A stretch of DNA of 43,449 bases from a virus (taxonomy: Duplodnaviria > Caudoviricetes): IMG/VR virus record IMGVR_UViG_3300037714_000077, positions 1 through 43,449 of that record; one strand, written 5' to 3'. Below the pieces are notes generated by a model. The model saw only the letters and a program-made list of their open reading frames with translations. It was not told the DNA's origin and did not search any database. This document shows positions 28,050-36,926 of this stretch, one piece after another; positions within the stretch are counted from its first letter, which is position 1; each line of letters opens with the position of its first letter. A program made the translations under genes and the position numbers.

Positions 28050-28387
28050 CTGCCCGCGCCTCGCAACTTGACCTCATGACCGGCCATGCCTCGCACCCGT
28101 ACGGACGCGGTGAGCAGGCTGGCGCGTCCCGACTGAGCGACACCTCGCAGGCCGCCGCCGCCAGCATTCAATCCGATCTGGCCGCACGTCAGGTGCGCGT
28201 ACTGAACGTCATCCGCGACCGTGCAGGCGCGACGTGCTTCGAGGTCGCGAGCGACATCGGCACGGCGCTTCACAGAGTTTCGGGCCGGATACGTGAATTG
28301 GTGCTGCGTGGGCTCGTGTACGACAGCGGAGAGCGGCGCAGAGCGCCGAGTGGCCGATCGGTAGTGATCTGGAAGGTGAAGTCATGA
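28046..28387 (+). CDS. Winged-helix DNA-binding protein
   Basis: GATCFEVA...VSGRIRELV..GLVYDSGERR...SGRSVVIW. Confidence 0.8.
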   Translation: MTARASQLDLMTGHASHPYGRGEQAGASRLSDTSQAAAASIQSDLAARQVRVLNVIRDRAGATCFEVASDIGTALHRVSGRIRELVLRGLVYDSGERRRAPSGRSVVIWKVKS

Positions 28388-28644
28388 CGAACCTCTGCCT
28401 GCACACCACGCGCACGCGGATGATGGAGATCGAGCAGGGCTCGCCGCGGACCGTCACCCTTTGGGCCGAGCGATGCCACGGGTGCGGCGTGATGATGCTG
28501 TACCAGCGCGACCGAGTAGTGGAGAAGTACCCGGACGGCCGGGAGGTCGTGGTCATGTACGACCCGATAACGGGGGATCTGCATGGTGGGTCGCGCGCTG
28601 ATGTCGACAAGGTAAACGCCCTCCTGAACGGGTCGAATCACTAA
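28384..28644 (+). CDS. Hypothetical protein
   Basis: ATGA coupling; CHGC. Confidence 0.6.
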   Translation: MTNLCLHTTRTRMMEIEQGSPRTVTLWAERCHGCGVMMLYQRDRVVEKYPDGREVVVMYDPITGDLHGGSRADVDKVNALLNGSNH

Positions 28645-29147
28645 TGCCAGTTAGAACGCTACCCGACGATGCCGGCAATGTCACGCGCAATCCGACCGGA
28701 AAGTGCGCGCATTGGTCCAGTGACGCCGCCATTCACCACTCGGCCTATGCCTACCAGCGGGCCGCAGGTACAGGCAAGGCCGTCGCTGCCGCGAACGGTG
28801 GCCTGCATGTGTCACGTGGAACGGCAGCACGCAGGGGGGACCCGTACTCGCTGCTGGCCCGTGCGTTTCGCCCGCTCGCTGAATCCGAACACACGACTGC
28901 ATGGTCTGCCATCTCAGAGGCGAGGATACTCGTCATGCGCGGGGAACTGTCGGACAGGACGCCAGCGGAGTTGCGCGGCCGACTGCTGCAAATCGGCTAC
29001 GAACACATCCGGCTGTCGAGCGAGTTGATGCGGCTGATCTACGAGGAAGGTGTGACGGCGGCGCGGCGGGCGGTGCATGCGGAACTGGCGGACCTGAACG
29101 AGGAGGCGGCGGCGGTCTGCGACGAAATAGCGGAGCGAGCGAAATAG
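28644..29147 (+). CDS. Hypothetical protein
   Basis: TAATG coupling. Confidence 0.6.
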   Translation: MPVRTLPDDAGNVTRNPTGKCAHWSSDAAIHHSAYAYQRAAGTGKAVAAANGGLHVSRGTAARRGDPYSLLARAFRPLAESEHTTAWSAISEARILVMRGELSDRTPAELRGRLLQIGYEHIRLSSELMRLIYEEGVTAARRAVHAELADLNEEAAAVCDEIAERAK

Positions 29148-29156
29148 CGGAGCGAA
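29123..29156 (+). repeat. Tandem 17-bp duplication spanning a stop codon
   Basis: CGAAATAGCGGAGCGA(G/A) x2. Confidence 0.8.
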
Positions 29157-29159
29157 TCG

Positions 29160-29228
29160 ACGGGCGGGGCCTGCCGAGGCTAAGTGGGTCGTAGCGCGTT
29201 GCGGCGCTGGTCCAACCCGCCCGTTTTC
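29160..29228 (+). terminator. Branched hairpin with T-tract (terminator/attenuator candidate)
   Basis: ACGGGCGGG (29160-68) pairs with CCCGCCCGT (29216-24) followed by TTT; two internal hairpins. Confidence 0.5.
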
Positions 29229-29248
29229 ACACATGGAAGGGAGCAGTC

Positions 29249-29503
29249 ATGCTACCGGGATGGAAGCAAATCGAGTCTGGCGCGCTGGTGTTCGACGCGG
29301 AGGCCGCGCTGATGGAAATCAATGGGCAGGCCGCGATGCTGGACCTGCTGGCCCGCGTGTTCACGGAACTGGTGGACGATCTCGCAGACGGTGCGGAGGA
29401 CTCATCTGTGCCCGCCAAGTCCGCCGCCCGTCTGTGGGGTCCGCTCCACGACATGCTCCTGAAGCACGGTCACCCTGCTGTCGCGAAGGCCGGTGCGTCA
29501 TGA
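29249..29503 (+). CDS. Hypothetical protein
   Basis: AGGGAG RBS; ATGA coupling. Confidence 0.6.
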   Translation: MLPGWKQIESGALVFDAEAALMEINGQAAMLDLLARVFTELVDDLADGAEDSSVPAKSAARLWGPLHDMLLKHGHPAVAKAGAS

Positions 29504-29784
29504 GGCCGTCCATGTTCCTGACCCATCGCGAATGCGTCCCCGACACGATAGCCGCCAAGATTGCCAACGCATCCGAGGACGAGCTGCACCGTCCCACCTT
29601 CGAGCAATTCGCCAGCATGGGATACCTCGACCAGTCCGCTGAGTGGGACCAGTCGGAGCATGGGGAATCGGCCGCACGCGGCTACGCCTTCGGGACGAGG
29701 CTTCGCGCAGCCGAGGAGCGGGCGGACGCGCTGCGCGATGAACTGACGGACCTGGCACAGCGGATGATGAGGGCGGCGGTATGA
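29500..29784 (+). CDS. Hypothetical protein
   Basis: ATGA coupling on both sides. Confidence 0.6.
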   Translation: MRPSMFLTHRECVPDTIAAKIANASEDELHRPTFEQFASMGYLDQSAEWDQSEHGESAARGYAFGTRLRAAEERADALRDELTDLAQRMMRAAV

Positions 29785-29990
29785 GCGACGACTGCGCCCG
29801 CTGCTCGAGGCCACTGCCCGAGGAGGACAGCGTCGACAACCCCATCGGCATCGGCGTCCTGCACAACGATTGCCGGACGGACATGCTGCGGGGTGCGAGC
29901 CGCTGCGTCATATGCGCCGATCCGGTGCCCTACGGCGTGCCCGCGTGTGGTGGATGCACGCGGGAATATCGGGAGGACATGCAGTCATGA
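29781..29990 (+). CDS. Small Cys-rich Zn-finger protein
   Basis: CARC, HNDC, CVIC, CGGC. Confidence 0.65.
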   Translation: MSDDCARCSRPLPEEDSVDNPIGIGVLHNDCRTDMLRGASRCVICADPVPYGVPACGGCTREYREDMQS

Positions 29991-30214
29991 GAACCGCCGC
30001 AGAGGACATGCAGGCCGATGATGACCGGGCGTATCGGGAGATGCTGCACGATAACCGCATCTCGCAGGAAGGGGAGAAGCGTGCCGACGACGCGCTGTAC
30101 GAGACGGGCGTCGTGGAGCTGAACGAGGATCAGGCGCGCGCAGTGAAGCGGTTCTGGGCCGACTGGGATGAGGATGAGGACGCGCGCAGGCTGGACGAGG
30201 CGAGGGGATACTAA
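29987..30214 (+). CDS. Acidic hypothetical protein
   Basis: Coupled; D/E-rich; precedes the recombinase. Confidence 0.6.
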   Translation: MRTAAEDMQADDDRAYREMLHDNRISQEGEKRADDALYETGVVELNEDQARAVKRFWADWDEDEDARRLDEARGY

Positions 30215-30891
30215 TGGAGCACTCAGAGTCTATAGGGGCGCTCGCGTCGGCGCTGGCGAAGGCGCAGGGCGAGATAGAGAACGCGCACAAGACATCGGAC
30301 AACCCGTTCTTCCGCAGCAAGTACGCCGACCTTGCCGAGATCATCAACACGGCGCGGCCGGTGCTGGCGAAGCACGGACTGTCGGTGGTGCAGATTCCCG
30401 GCATGGACGGCGGGTCGGTATCCGTCGAGACGGTCCTGCTGCACGAGTCAGGGGAATGGCTGTCCGGTGTCAGCGCGGCACCGATGTCGAAGCAGTACAA
30501 GAAGGATGGCGGGGAGTTGCCGCCGAGTCCGCAGGCGGTCGGTTCGTCCATCACCTACCTGCGTCGGTATTCCCTCGCCGCACTGTGCGCCATCGCGCAG
30601 GAAGATGACGACGGTAATGCCGCCAGCCGCCCGCGTCGTGAGGAAGCGGCCGAGCCCGAACCCGATGCAGAGACGGGGCGTCTCGCCGTGCCCGCAACAT
30701 CGGGGCAGGTGGACCTGCTGACTCGCCTGATGCAGTCGCACGTCTTTACCAAAAAGGAGCGGGCGGATATAAACGACATGCTGTCGCGCGGAATCTCGAA
30801 GGGCAAGGCAATGGAAGCCATCGACCACGCGCAGAAGACGCTTGCAGACCGCAAGGCCATCGAGAAGTCGGACCAGCGGGAATCGGCATGA
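30214..30891 (+). CDS. erf: ERF-family single-strand annealing recombinase
   Basis: NPFFRSKYADL, HESGEW, GSSITYLRRYSLAAL...EDDDGN. Confidence 0.93.
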   Translation: MEHSESIGALASALAKAQGEIENAHKTSDNPFFRSKYADLAEIINTARPVLAKHGLSVVQIPGMDGGSVSVETVLLHESGEWLSGVSAAPMSKQYKKDGGELPPSPQAVGSSITYLRRYSLAALCAIAQEDDDGNAASRPRREEAAEPEPDAETGRLAVPATSGQVDLLTRLMQSHVFTKKERADINDMLSRGISKGKAMEAIDHAQKTLADRKAIEKSDQRESA

Positions 30892-31142
30892 GCGACGAAG
30901 CCATCACCGAACAGGCCGCCCGCGCGATGATTGCGTTCGAGGAATTTATCGTGAGTCCCGCTGCCCTGCTCGGCAGGTTCCACGGCCCTACGGCTGACGA
31001 CATTCTGCAAGCCGCTGCCGGTGACGACCTGCTGCGATGGGGCAGGCTTGCACATGAGACCATAGACATTGCAGCCGGACGCCGGGGGATGAGTCCCACG
31101 CAGTTTCGGTTGCAGGGGCAGAGGGCAAGGAGGGCATCGTGA
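30888..31142 (+). CDS. Hypothetical protein
   Basis: Coupled ORF. Confidence 0.55.
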   Translation: MSDEAITEQAARAMIAFEEFIVSPAALLGRFHGPTADDILQAAAGDDLLRWGRLAHETIDIAAGRRGMSPTQFRLQGQRARRAS

Positions 31143-31360
31143 GCGGAGTACGAGCGGAGTTTGCGCTGAAGAATCCTGATGCGCTGGAGGCGACGCTGAC
31201 TCTCACGATGACGATGGGTGAGTGGCGTCGGCTCCTGTCGCAGATTGTAGAGGCCGGCGTCGACGTCAGGTATCCCGCGTGGAAGGTGCTGGATGCGATG
31301 CGCGCCGTAATCAGTGCTGGCGACCAGCACTTCGCCGCCGAGCACGAGATACCGTCATGA
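31139..31360 (+). CDS. Hypothetical protein
   Basis: AGGAGG RBS; coupled ORF. Confidence 0.6.
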   Translation: MSGVRAEFALKNPDALEATLTLTMTMGEWRRLLSQIVEAGVDVRYPAWKVLDAMRAVISAGDQHFAAEHEIPS

Positions 31361-31413
31361 CCATCGACCTCGACGCCGTCCTGTCAGCCTCCGGACTTGG
31401 AGGTGAGAGGTGA
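31357..31413 (+). pseudogene. 18-codon shell of gene 31993-32244
   Basis: MTIDLDAVLSAS+GLGGER are exactly the first 12 and last 6 residues of the 83-aa paralog. Confidence 0.75.
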
Positions 31414-31799
31414 GCGAGCGAGTGGACAAGCCCACATCCGCATGCCCGTGGTGCAAGTCTGCCGAACACTTAAACGTCCAGCGCAACGATGGGGACGATA
31501 GGTCCGTGGTGTGCTGGAAGTGTTGCGCGAGCGGCCCGATGGTTTCTGGGCGTCATAGCCGAAAGGCCGCCATTGCTGCATGGAACCAGTCCGCGCAGCC
31601 CGCAGCAGGATCATTGGCAGCGCTGCGCGCGCTGGAGGAGTATGTCAGCAGGTTCGGCGGCATCGACAACGGGTACTGCAAAGAGTGCGGAGTTGATCGC
31701 TCGTTCGACACACACGGCAATCGCCAGCCATGTGCCAACGACGACTGTCTGAGCAATAAGGCAGCGTCCGCGCTGGCGCGGTATCGGGACGTGCGATGA
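31410..31799 (+). CDS. Lar-family restriction alleviation-like protein fused to a second module
   Basis: CPWC...VVCWKCCASGP...AAIAAWN, then QPAAGS linker. Confidence 0.7.
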   Translation: MSERVDKPTSACPWCKSAEHLNVQRNDGDDRSVVCWKCCASGPMVSGRHSRKAAIAAWNQSAQPAAGSLAALRALEEYVSRFGGIDNGYCKECGVDRSFDTHGNRQPCANDDCLSNKAASALARYRDVR

Positions 31800-31996
31800 C
31801 ACCGTACTACGAGGACGGGGCGGTGACGATCTATCACGGGGAAGCGCTGTCCGTGCTGGCGTCGCTGCCTAGCGAGTCGGTCGGGGCATTACTGACTGAC
31901 CCGGGCCGCAAGGCCATCGGCATCGAGATCGAGGAACGCTACTGCGAAATCGCAGCGCGTCGGCTGTCGCAGGAAGTGCTGGAGTTGGGAGCATGA
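31796..31996 (+). pseudogene. Internally deleted beta-class DNA methyltransferase
   Basis: YYEDGAVTIYHGEAL...LLTDP fused directly to GRKAIGIEIEERYCEIAARRLSQ; PPY and FxGxG core missing. Confidence 0.8.
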
Positions 31997-32244
31997 CCAT
32001 CGACCTTGACGCCGTCCTGTCCGCCTCCCGCTGGCTTGCTGTAATGGCTCTGGGCTTCGCTCTAGGCTTCATAGCCTGCACGCTGCTGTCAGGTAACGCA
32101 GCAGAGCATGCGCGCGTGGCAGAGCGCCAGCGGGATAGCGCCATCGCCGTTCGGGACGTGTGCACCGCGGCGCTCGGTTTGGCCGTGCTGGAGGCTGAGA
32201 TGGCAGCGGACATCGTGTTCGAGGGACTTGGAGGTGAGAGGTGA
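31993..32244 (+). CDS. Small membrane protein
   Basis: One TM segment; coupled. Confidence 0.65.
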   Translation: MTIDLDAVLSASRWLAVMALGFALGFIACTLLSGNAAEHARVAERQRDSAIAVRDVCTAALGLAVLEAEMAADIVFEGLGGER

Positions 32245-32393
32245 GCATGCTTCGCCTGTGGCGTCGCATTGCGCGGCGGATGATGGGCTTCGGTACGTGC
32301 CCGCTCTGTCAGTCGGTCGCGAGGTGGCGCGGTGCGTGGATGGTTTGCGGGACGTGCGGATGGGGCGCGTACCAGAACAGGAGGGCATCATGA
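32241..32393 (+). CDS. Small Zn-ribbon protein (50 aa, not in the ORF track)
   Basis: GGAGG RBS, GTG start; CPLC...CGTC; coupled on both sides. Confidence 0.6.
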   Translation: MSMLRLWRRIARRMMGFGTCPLCQSVARWRGAWMVCGTCGWGAYQNRRAS

Positions 32394-32548
32394 AAGACCG
32401 CCCCTACACCGCCTCCCCCGAAGTAGAGGCAGCCATCCGTATGCCGACCAAGCCGCTGCGGAGTGAGCGAATCATCGTACGCCAGCGCCATCCACTGCAC
32501 GCATGGGCGCTTCGTGTGTGGTACCGCCTGACGGGGAGAGCGCAATGA
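32390..32548 (+). CDS. Hypothetical protein
   Basis: AGGAGG RBS; YTASPEVEAAIR. Confidence 0.55.
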   Translation: MKDRPYTASPEVEAAIRMPTKPLRSERIIVRQRHPLHAWALRVWYRLTGRAQ

Positions 32549-32754
32549 AGGACGACATGGCTGAACGTCGATGGACGCGAGCGGACGTTTTGACGGTGAT
32601 GGAGTTCGTCGGGCTCCCACGCTGGCAACGCGACAAGGTGGAGGATTGCATGGTAGGGCTGGAGCGTGTGTTGAAATCCCCGGAGAGTCAACCGCAGCAT
32701 CGTCGCCCACTGACAGCGCCGTTGGTGAAGCGGCGGAAGGCACCGTCACCATGA
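32545..32754 (+). CDS. Hypothetical protein
   Basis: GGGGAG RBS; coupled. Confidence 0.55.
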   Translation: MKDDMAERRWTRADVLTVMEFVGLPRWQRDKVEDCMVGLERVLKSPESQPQHRRPLTAPLVKRRKAPSP

Positions 32755-32993
32755 ACGACGACGCATACACTGCCATCCCCGAGGTAGAAGCCTGCATCCG
32801 TCAGGATGAGAGGGACGCACGCAATGGCAGGGAATGGTACGCACAGGCGGCGTTGCTGTGGCGGATAATGGAACTGCGCGATCAGGTGGAAGTCGTGCGG
32901 AAGGAAACCGACGCCGCTCGGATGGAAGTCATCATGTGGCGGCTCACCGCTGCGGCAGGCTGGGCGGTCATCATCGTGAAGTTGCTGACATGA
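32751..32993 (+). CDS. Hypothetical protein with C-terminal TM
   Basis: YTAIPEVEACIR N-terminus; hydrophobic C-terminus. Confidence 0.6.
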   Translation: MNDDAYTAIPEVEACIRQDERDARNGREWYAQAALLWRIMELRDQVEVVRKETDAARMEVIMWRLTAAAGWAVIIVKLLT

Positions 32994-33211
32994 CCGAATC
33001 AGAGCGTCAGGTCGCCCGCTACCAGTGGCTGACATCGGGCGATGTCGCGGAGCAGTGTGGCGGCGTCAGTCTGGCGCAGGTCTACGGCTGGTTCGAGGAC
33101 GGTGAACTGGAAGCCATTGATGTGCGCAGCAAGGGCGCGAAGCAACCCGACTGGCGGACTCGGCAGGAGTGGGTCGACGCTTTCTTGGCGAGGCGCAGCA
33201 ATGCCGCGTAG
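32990..33211 (+). CDS. xis: Excisionase-like HTH protein
   Basis: WLTSGDVAEQCGGVSLAQVYGWFEDGELEA...WR....VDAFL; directly upstream of the recombinase. Confidence 0.8.
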   Translation: MTESERQVARYQWLTSGDVAEQCGGVSLAQVYGWFEDGELEAIDVRSKGAKQPDWRTRQEWVDAFLARRSNAA

Positions 33212-34439
33212 CCGAAGGCGCAAGCCGGTCGCGGGTGTTCGCTGGCGCAGTGGCGTCGCCTACTTCGAGAAGGAGCACAAGCGCCTCGCAGGTGGCCGCA
33301 TCTATCGCACGCTCGGCACGTCGGACGAGACGCTGGCAGCGGAGTACGCGGGAGCTCTTGCGACCCTGATGCAGCGCGGGGACTGGCACGTCATCGAGGC
33401 GTGGCGGGATGGCTCACTGCACATCACCGACATCGCCCGCATCGTGCGTGAGGGTGATTATGCCAAGCTCCGGAAGTTGTCGACGACAGGCACCAGGCTG
33501 GGCGAGGCGGTTGAGCGGTTCCTGCGTCGGAGCGAGGCCACGCTGACGGAGAAGTCGGCCGGCACGTACCGCTACGGCATGGACCTGCTGCTCGAGCACT
33601 TCGGAGCCGGGCTTCCTATGGCGACGCTCACGACGGAGCAGGCAGAGGCGTTCCTGCACGGCCCCAAGGCGAGCAATCAGGACGAGGTGTGGAGCGCGAA
33701 TACGCAGGCATCGGCCCGCACGATGTACAAGGCGCTCTGGCAGATGGTCATCGATGAGGAAGCGGAGGCCGCGCACATCGCGGACGCGAGTCCTACCGTC
33801 GTCCTGAACCCTTGGAGGCCTGCCCGGGTGCCGAAGCGCCGACAGACCCGCCATGCCTTCCTGTCGGCCGAACAGTGGCGCACGCTGATCGATCACCCCG
33901 AGGTGGTCGGCACGCGGGAGGCGGCGTTCCTTGGCTGCGCCTGTCTGGCAGGTCTCCGGCAAATGGAGATCGTGCATCTGCGCCCCGGCATGGACGTGGA
34001 CAGCTCCGTCATCCGCGTGCAGGACCGGAAGGGCGAGGAAGCATGGAGCACAAAGACAGAGAACGGGCAGCGTGAGGTGATGGTCGTGGCCGAGCTCGGA
34101 CGGCTAATCGATCGGCACGTCCAGTTGGGGTTCAGCGGCGAGCGGTACCTGTTCCGTGCCTACGGCGAGGATCGGCCCATATCGCACACGGCGGCCATCA
34201 AGTGGACGCGGCGAGCGTTCGAGGCGGCGGGTATCCGGTACGGCCGGAAGGGTGACGCCCTGACCCTGCATTCCCTGAGGCACACGTTCGGTACCTGGAT
34301 GGCGCAGGACGGCGTGCCCTTCCATGTGATCGCGGAGTTGATGGGCAATACCGCGGAAGTCGTGATGTGGACCTACGCACACCACGCACCCCATGACCTC
34401 GACAAGGCGATGGACAGCATCCGGCAGAGGACGGTATGA
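33201..34439 (+). CDS. int: Tyrosine recombinase / integrase
   Basis: GLRQME (R), TKT (K), HSLRH (HxxR), LMGN (N at the usual H/W site), TYAH (Y). Confidence 0.93.
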   Translation: MPRSRRRKPVAGVRWRSGVAYFEKEHKRLAGGRIYRTLGTSDETLAAEYAGALATLMQRGDWHVIEAWRDGSLHITDIARIVREGDYAKLRKLSTTGTRLGEAVERFLRRSEATLTEKSAGTYRYGMDLLLEHFGAGLPMATLTTEQAEAFLHGPKASNQDEVWSANTQASARTMYKALWQMVIDEEAEAAHIADASPTVVLNPWRPARVPKRRQTRHAFLSAEQWRTLIDHPEVVGTREAAFLGCACLAGLRQMEIVHLRPGMDVDSSVIRVQDRKGEEAWSTKTENGQREVMVVAELGRLIDRHVQLGFSGERYLFRAYGEDRPISHTAAIKWTRRAFEAAGIRYGRKGDALTLHSLRHTFGTWMAQDGVPFHVIAELMGNTAEVVMWTYAHHAPHDLDKAMDSIRQRTV

Positions 34440-35245
34440 GCGAGCGACAGGCGGGCCGCGAACTGGATGCGGAGGTGGCCGAGAAGGTGATGGGGTTGGA
34501 TGTGCGCGGGAAGGCTTGCGCAATCTTCGTGGAGGGAGAATGGAGCATCCACGCCGATAGCGAGCCGGACGGGTGGGCGTGCTACGCTGGCATTGAGCCC
34601 GTCTACCGGATCGACCGCGAATATGTGACCCCGCCGCCTGAGCGCCGCACGGACTGCATCGGGCGTAGGCCGCGCGTCACTGCGCAGATGGTCGAGGTAT
34701 GGTATCAGAAGGAACTGGCCGCATACGAACGCGACATTGAGCGATTCGGTTGCCACTCCCACGACCTCGACGTGGTACCGCTCTACTCCACCAACATCGC
34801 CGAAGCGATGCAGATCGTGGATCGCTGGACAGCGCGGGGGTACCGCGTCTCGCTGGGCACGACGTTCAGCCTTGACGATGGTAACGCAAATGGCTGGCAT
34901 GTGGACATTGGCGGCATAGATGCGCGCGTGTACGATCTGGCCCAACTCCCGCTCGCCATCAGTCTCGCTGCACTGTCCGCGGCGGACAAAGAGACGGAGG
35001 CCAGCATGAGGTACCGAAACGGATACACTTCCCCATACACAACCGGCGTTATGCCCGTGGTTTCCACATCTCCACCTTGTCCACACTACCACGCAGTATG
35101 TCGCATAACTGACGGTAAGTCTCACAAATCCTACAAGCGTGGATTGCGGTCCGATGGGCTGAAAGTGCCGTTTGGTACCCGAAGCGGATACAGTTGCCCC
35201 GACAGCATACCCCTGCCGGCCGGTCCTGCATGTGGGGCCACATGA
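34436..35245 (+). CDS. Phage ABA-sandwich-like protein with an atypical C-terminal extension
   Basis: AGRELDAEVAEKVMG...PLYSTNIAEAMQIV...PLAISLAAL; sequence after ~35006 is lower-GC and ends in GPACGAT. Confidence 0.7.
   Translation: MSERQAGRELDAEVAEKVMGLDVRGKACAIFVEGEWSIHADSEPDGWACYAGIEPVYRIDREYVTPPPERRTDCIGRRPRVTAQMVEVWYQKELAAYERDIERFGCHSHDLDVVPLYSTNIAEAMQIVDRWTARGYRVSLGTTFSLDDGNANGWHVDIGGIDARVYDLAQLPLAISLAALSAADKETEASMRYRNGYTSPYTTGVMPVVSTSPPCPHYHAVCRITDGKSHKSYKRGLRSDGLKVPFGTRSGYSCPDSIPLPAGPACGAT
35010..35200. other. Candidate att-like recombination region
   Basis: Imperfect direct repeats GGTACCGAAACGGATACACTTCCCC (35010-34) and GGTACCCGAAGCGGATACAGTTGCCCC (35174-200) around a lower-GC core. 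Confidence 0.4.
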
Positions 35246-36315
35246 GCTTCACGATTCACGCGGGCGACTGCCTCGATGCCATGCGGGCGATGCATACGGA
35301 TTCGGTGGCCGCCATCGTAACTGATCCACCCTACGGCCTCTCGTTCATGTCGTACGCGTGGGACCGGGGCGTGCCGCCGGTTGCGGTCTGGCAGGAGGCG
35401 TACCGTGTGCTGCGTCCCGGCGGGCGGCTGCTGTGCTTCGCCGGCACGCGGACCATGCACCGCATGTGGTGCAACATCGAGGATGCCGGGTTCACCATCG
35501 AGGATACGGTTGCGTGGATGTACGGGTCCGGCTTCCCGAAACATCGCAGCAAACTAAAGCCCGCATACGAGCCGATCTGCGTAGCGCGGAAGGGGCCGTC
35601 GACGCCGTTGAACATCGATGCGTGCCGCATAGAGACGGGCGACGAACTGGTGCGCCCATCCGTCGAACGCCATGACAACACCGTCTTCGGGAACGGGTTG
35701 GGGGCGGGGACGCAATCCACACTTGTCGGTCGCTGGCCCGCAAACGTGATGCTGGATGAGGAAGCGGCGCGGCTGCTGGATGAGCAGAGCGGGGAAAGCG
35801 TGAGCACAGGAGGCACCAAGACGCGGGGTGCACTAGGTGATCGCGTGTACGGTCAGTTTGTGGATCGCGGGGAGCCTATCGCCAATCACGGCGGCCTTGG
35901 TGACGCCGGCGGCGCATCCCGATTCTTCTACGTCGCGAAGGCGAGCCGGGCCGAGCGCAACGCAGGGCTGGAGGGACAGCCAATGCGGGCGCCATCGCAG
36001 GAGTATGGCATGGGCGCCGTTGAGGGCGATTCGCGCAAGCCCACCAAGTGCACCGCTAGCCGCCCCGTCGAGAACAATCACCCGACCGTAAAGCCCGTCG
36101 ACCTGATGCGCCATCTCGTCCGCCTCGTCACCCCCACCGATGGCGTCGTTCTCGATCCCTTCATGGGAAGCGGCACAACCGGCGTTGCGTGCGTGCTGGA
36201 GGCCCGCCGCTTTATCGGGTGCGAGCTGGACCCGGAGTATGCGGAGATCGCGCGCAGACGCATTGCAAACACGCCGCCTAGCCTATTCGGCGGTCCTGCA
36301 TGTGGGGCCACATGA
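35242..36315 (+). CDS. DNA methyltransferase, beta class (N6A/N4C), copy 1
   Basis: TDPPY, HPTVKP, DPFMGSGTTG. Confidence 0.93.
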   Translation: MSFTIHAGDCLDAMRAMHTDSVAAIVTDPPYGLSFMSYAWDRGVPPVAVWQEAYRVLRPGGRLLCFAGTRTMHRMWCNIEDAGFTIEDTVAWMYGSGFPKHRSKLKPAYEPICVARKGPSTPLNIDACRIETGDELVRPSVERHDNTVFGNGLGAGTQSTLVGRWPANVMLDEEAARLLDEQSGESVSTGGTKTRGALGDRVYGQFVDRGEPIANHGGLGDAGGASRFFYVAKASRAERNAGLEGQPMRAPSQEYGMGAVEGDSRKPTKCTASRPVENNHPTVKPVDLMRHLVRLVTPTDGVVLDPFMGSGTTGVACVLEARRFIGCELDPEYAEIARRRIANTPPSLFGGPACGAT

Positions 36316-36926
36316 GCACGTGGCAGCCGATTGCAACAGCGCCGAAGGACGGGACGAAGGTTGTGTTGCTCGGCTACGTCGGCGGTGACGCTCACGGTCG
36401 CCCGCTCCGCGCTTGCATCGGCCAGTGGCATGACCCCGAGACCGAACCACCCAACCTCATGTGTGCCGGTTGGCTGTGGACATCGCCGGGCTACACCGAC
36501 CGCATGGAGCCGACGCACTGGATGCCGCTGCCAATCGTTGACCGCGGTCCTGCATATGGGGGAGAGGTGAGCGAGCCAATTAAATCCCGCTGCTGTTGTC
36601 CGCGATACGTCACGCGGAAGGAATGCATCCGCATCCGTTACGAGGGTAGGGGCAGAGTGGACCCCTACGACGAGTGCGTGTGCTGCTGCCACGATGAGCA
36701 GGAAGATGACGAATACGATGCGTTGACAGAAAGCGAAAGGGTGGACGAACGAGCGGTGGGCGCGCAAACGGCTCGCCACCCGCCTATGACCGACATGGTC
36801 ACGGTCCCGCGCTCATACCTGCAAACCCTTCTGTATGGCGTTCGGCAGACTGAGCGCAACGCCATCCGTACCCGTGAACGACTGGAGCGTGCGTTGATCG
36901 GCGGTCCTGCATGTGGGGCCACATGA
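36312..36926 (+). CDS. DUF551-like protein fused in frame to a Cys-rich module
   Basis: WQPIATAPKDGT...PTHWMPLP, then read-through of the variant repeat; possible internal GTG start at 36567. Confidence 0.75.
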   Translation: MSTWQPIATAPKDGTKVVLLGYVGGDAHGRPLRACIGQWHDPETEPPNLMCAGWLWTSPGYTDRMEPTHWMPLPIVDRGPAYGGEVSEPIKSRCCCPRYVTRKECIRIRYEGRGRVDPYDECVCCCHDEQEDDEYDALTESERVDERAVGAQTARHPPMTDMVTVPRSYLQTLLYGVRQTERNAIRTRERLERALIGGPACGAT

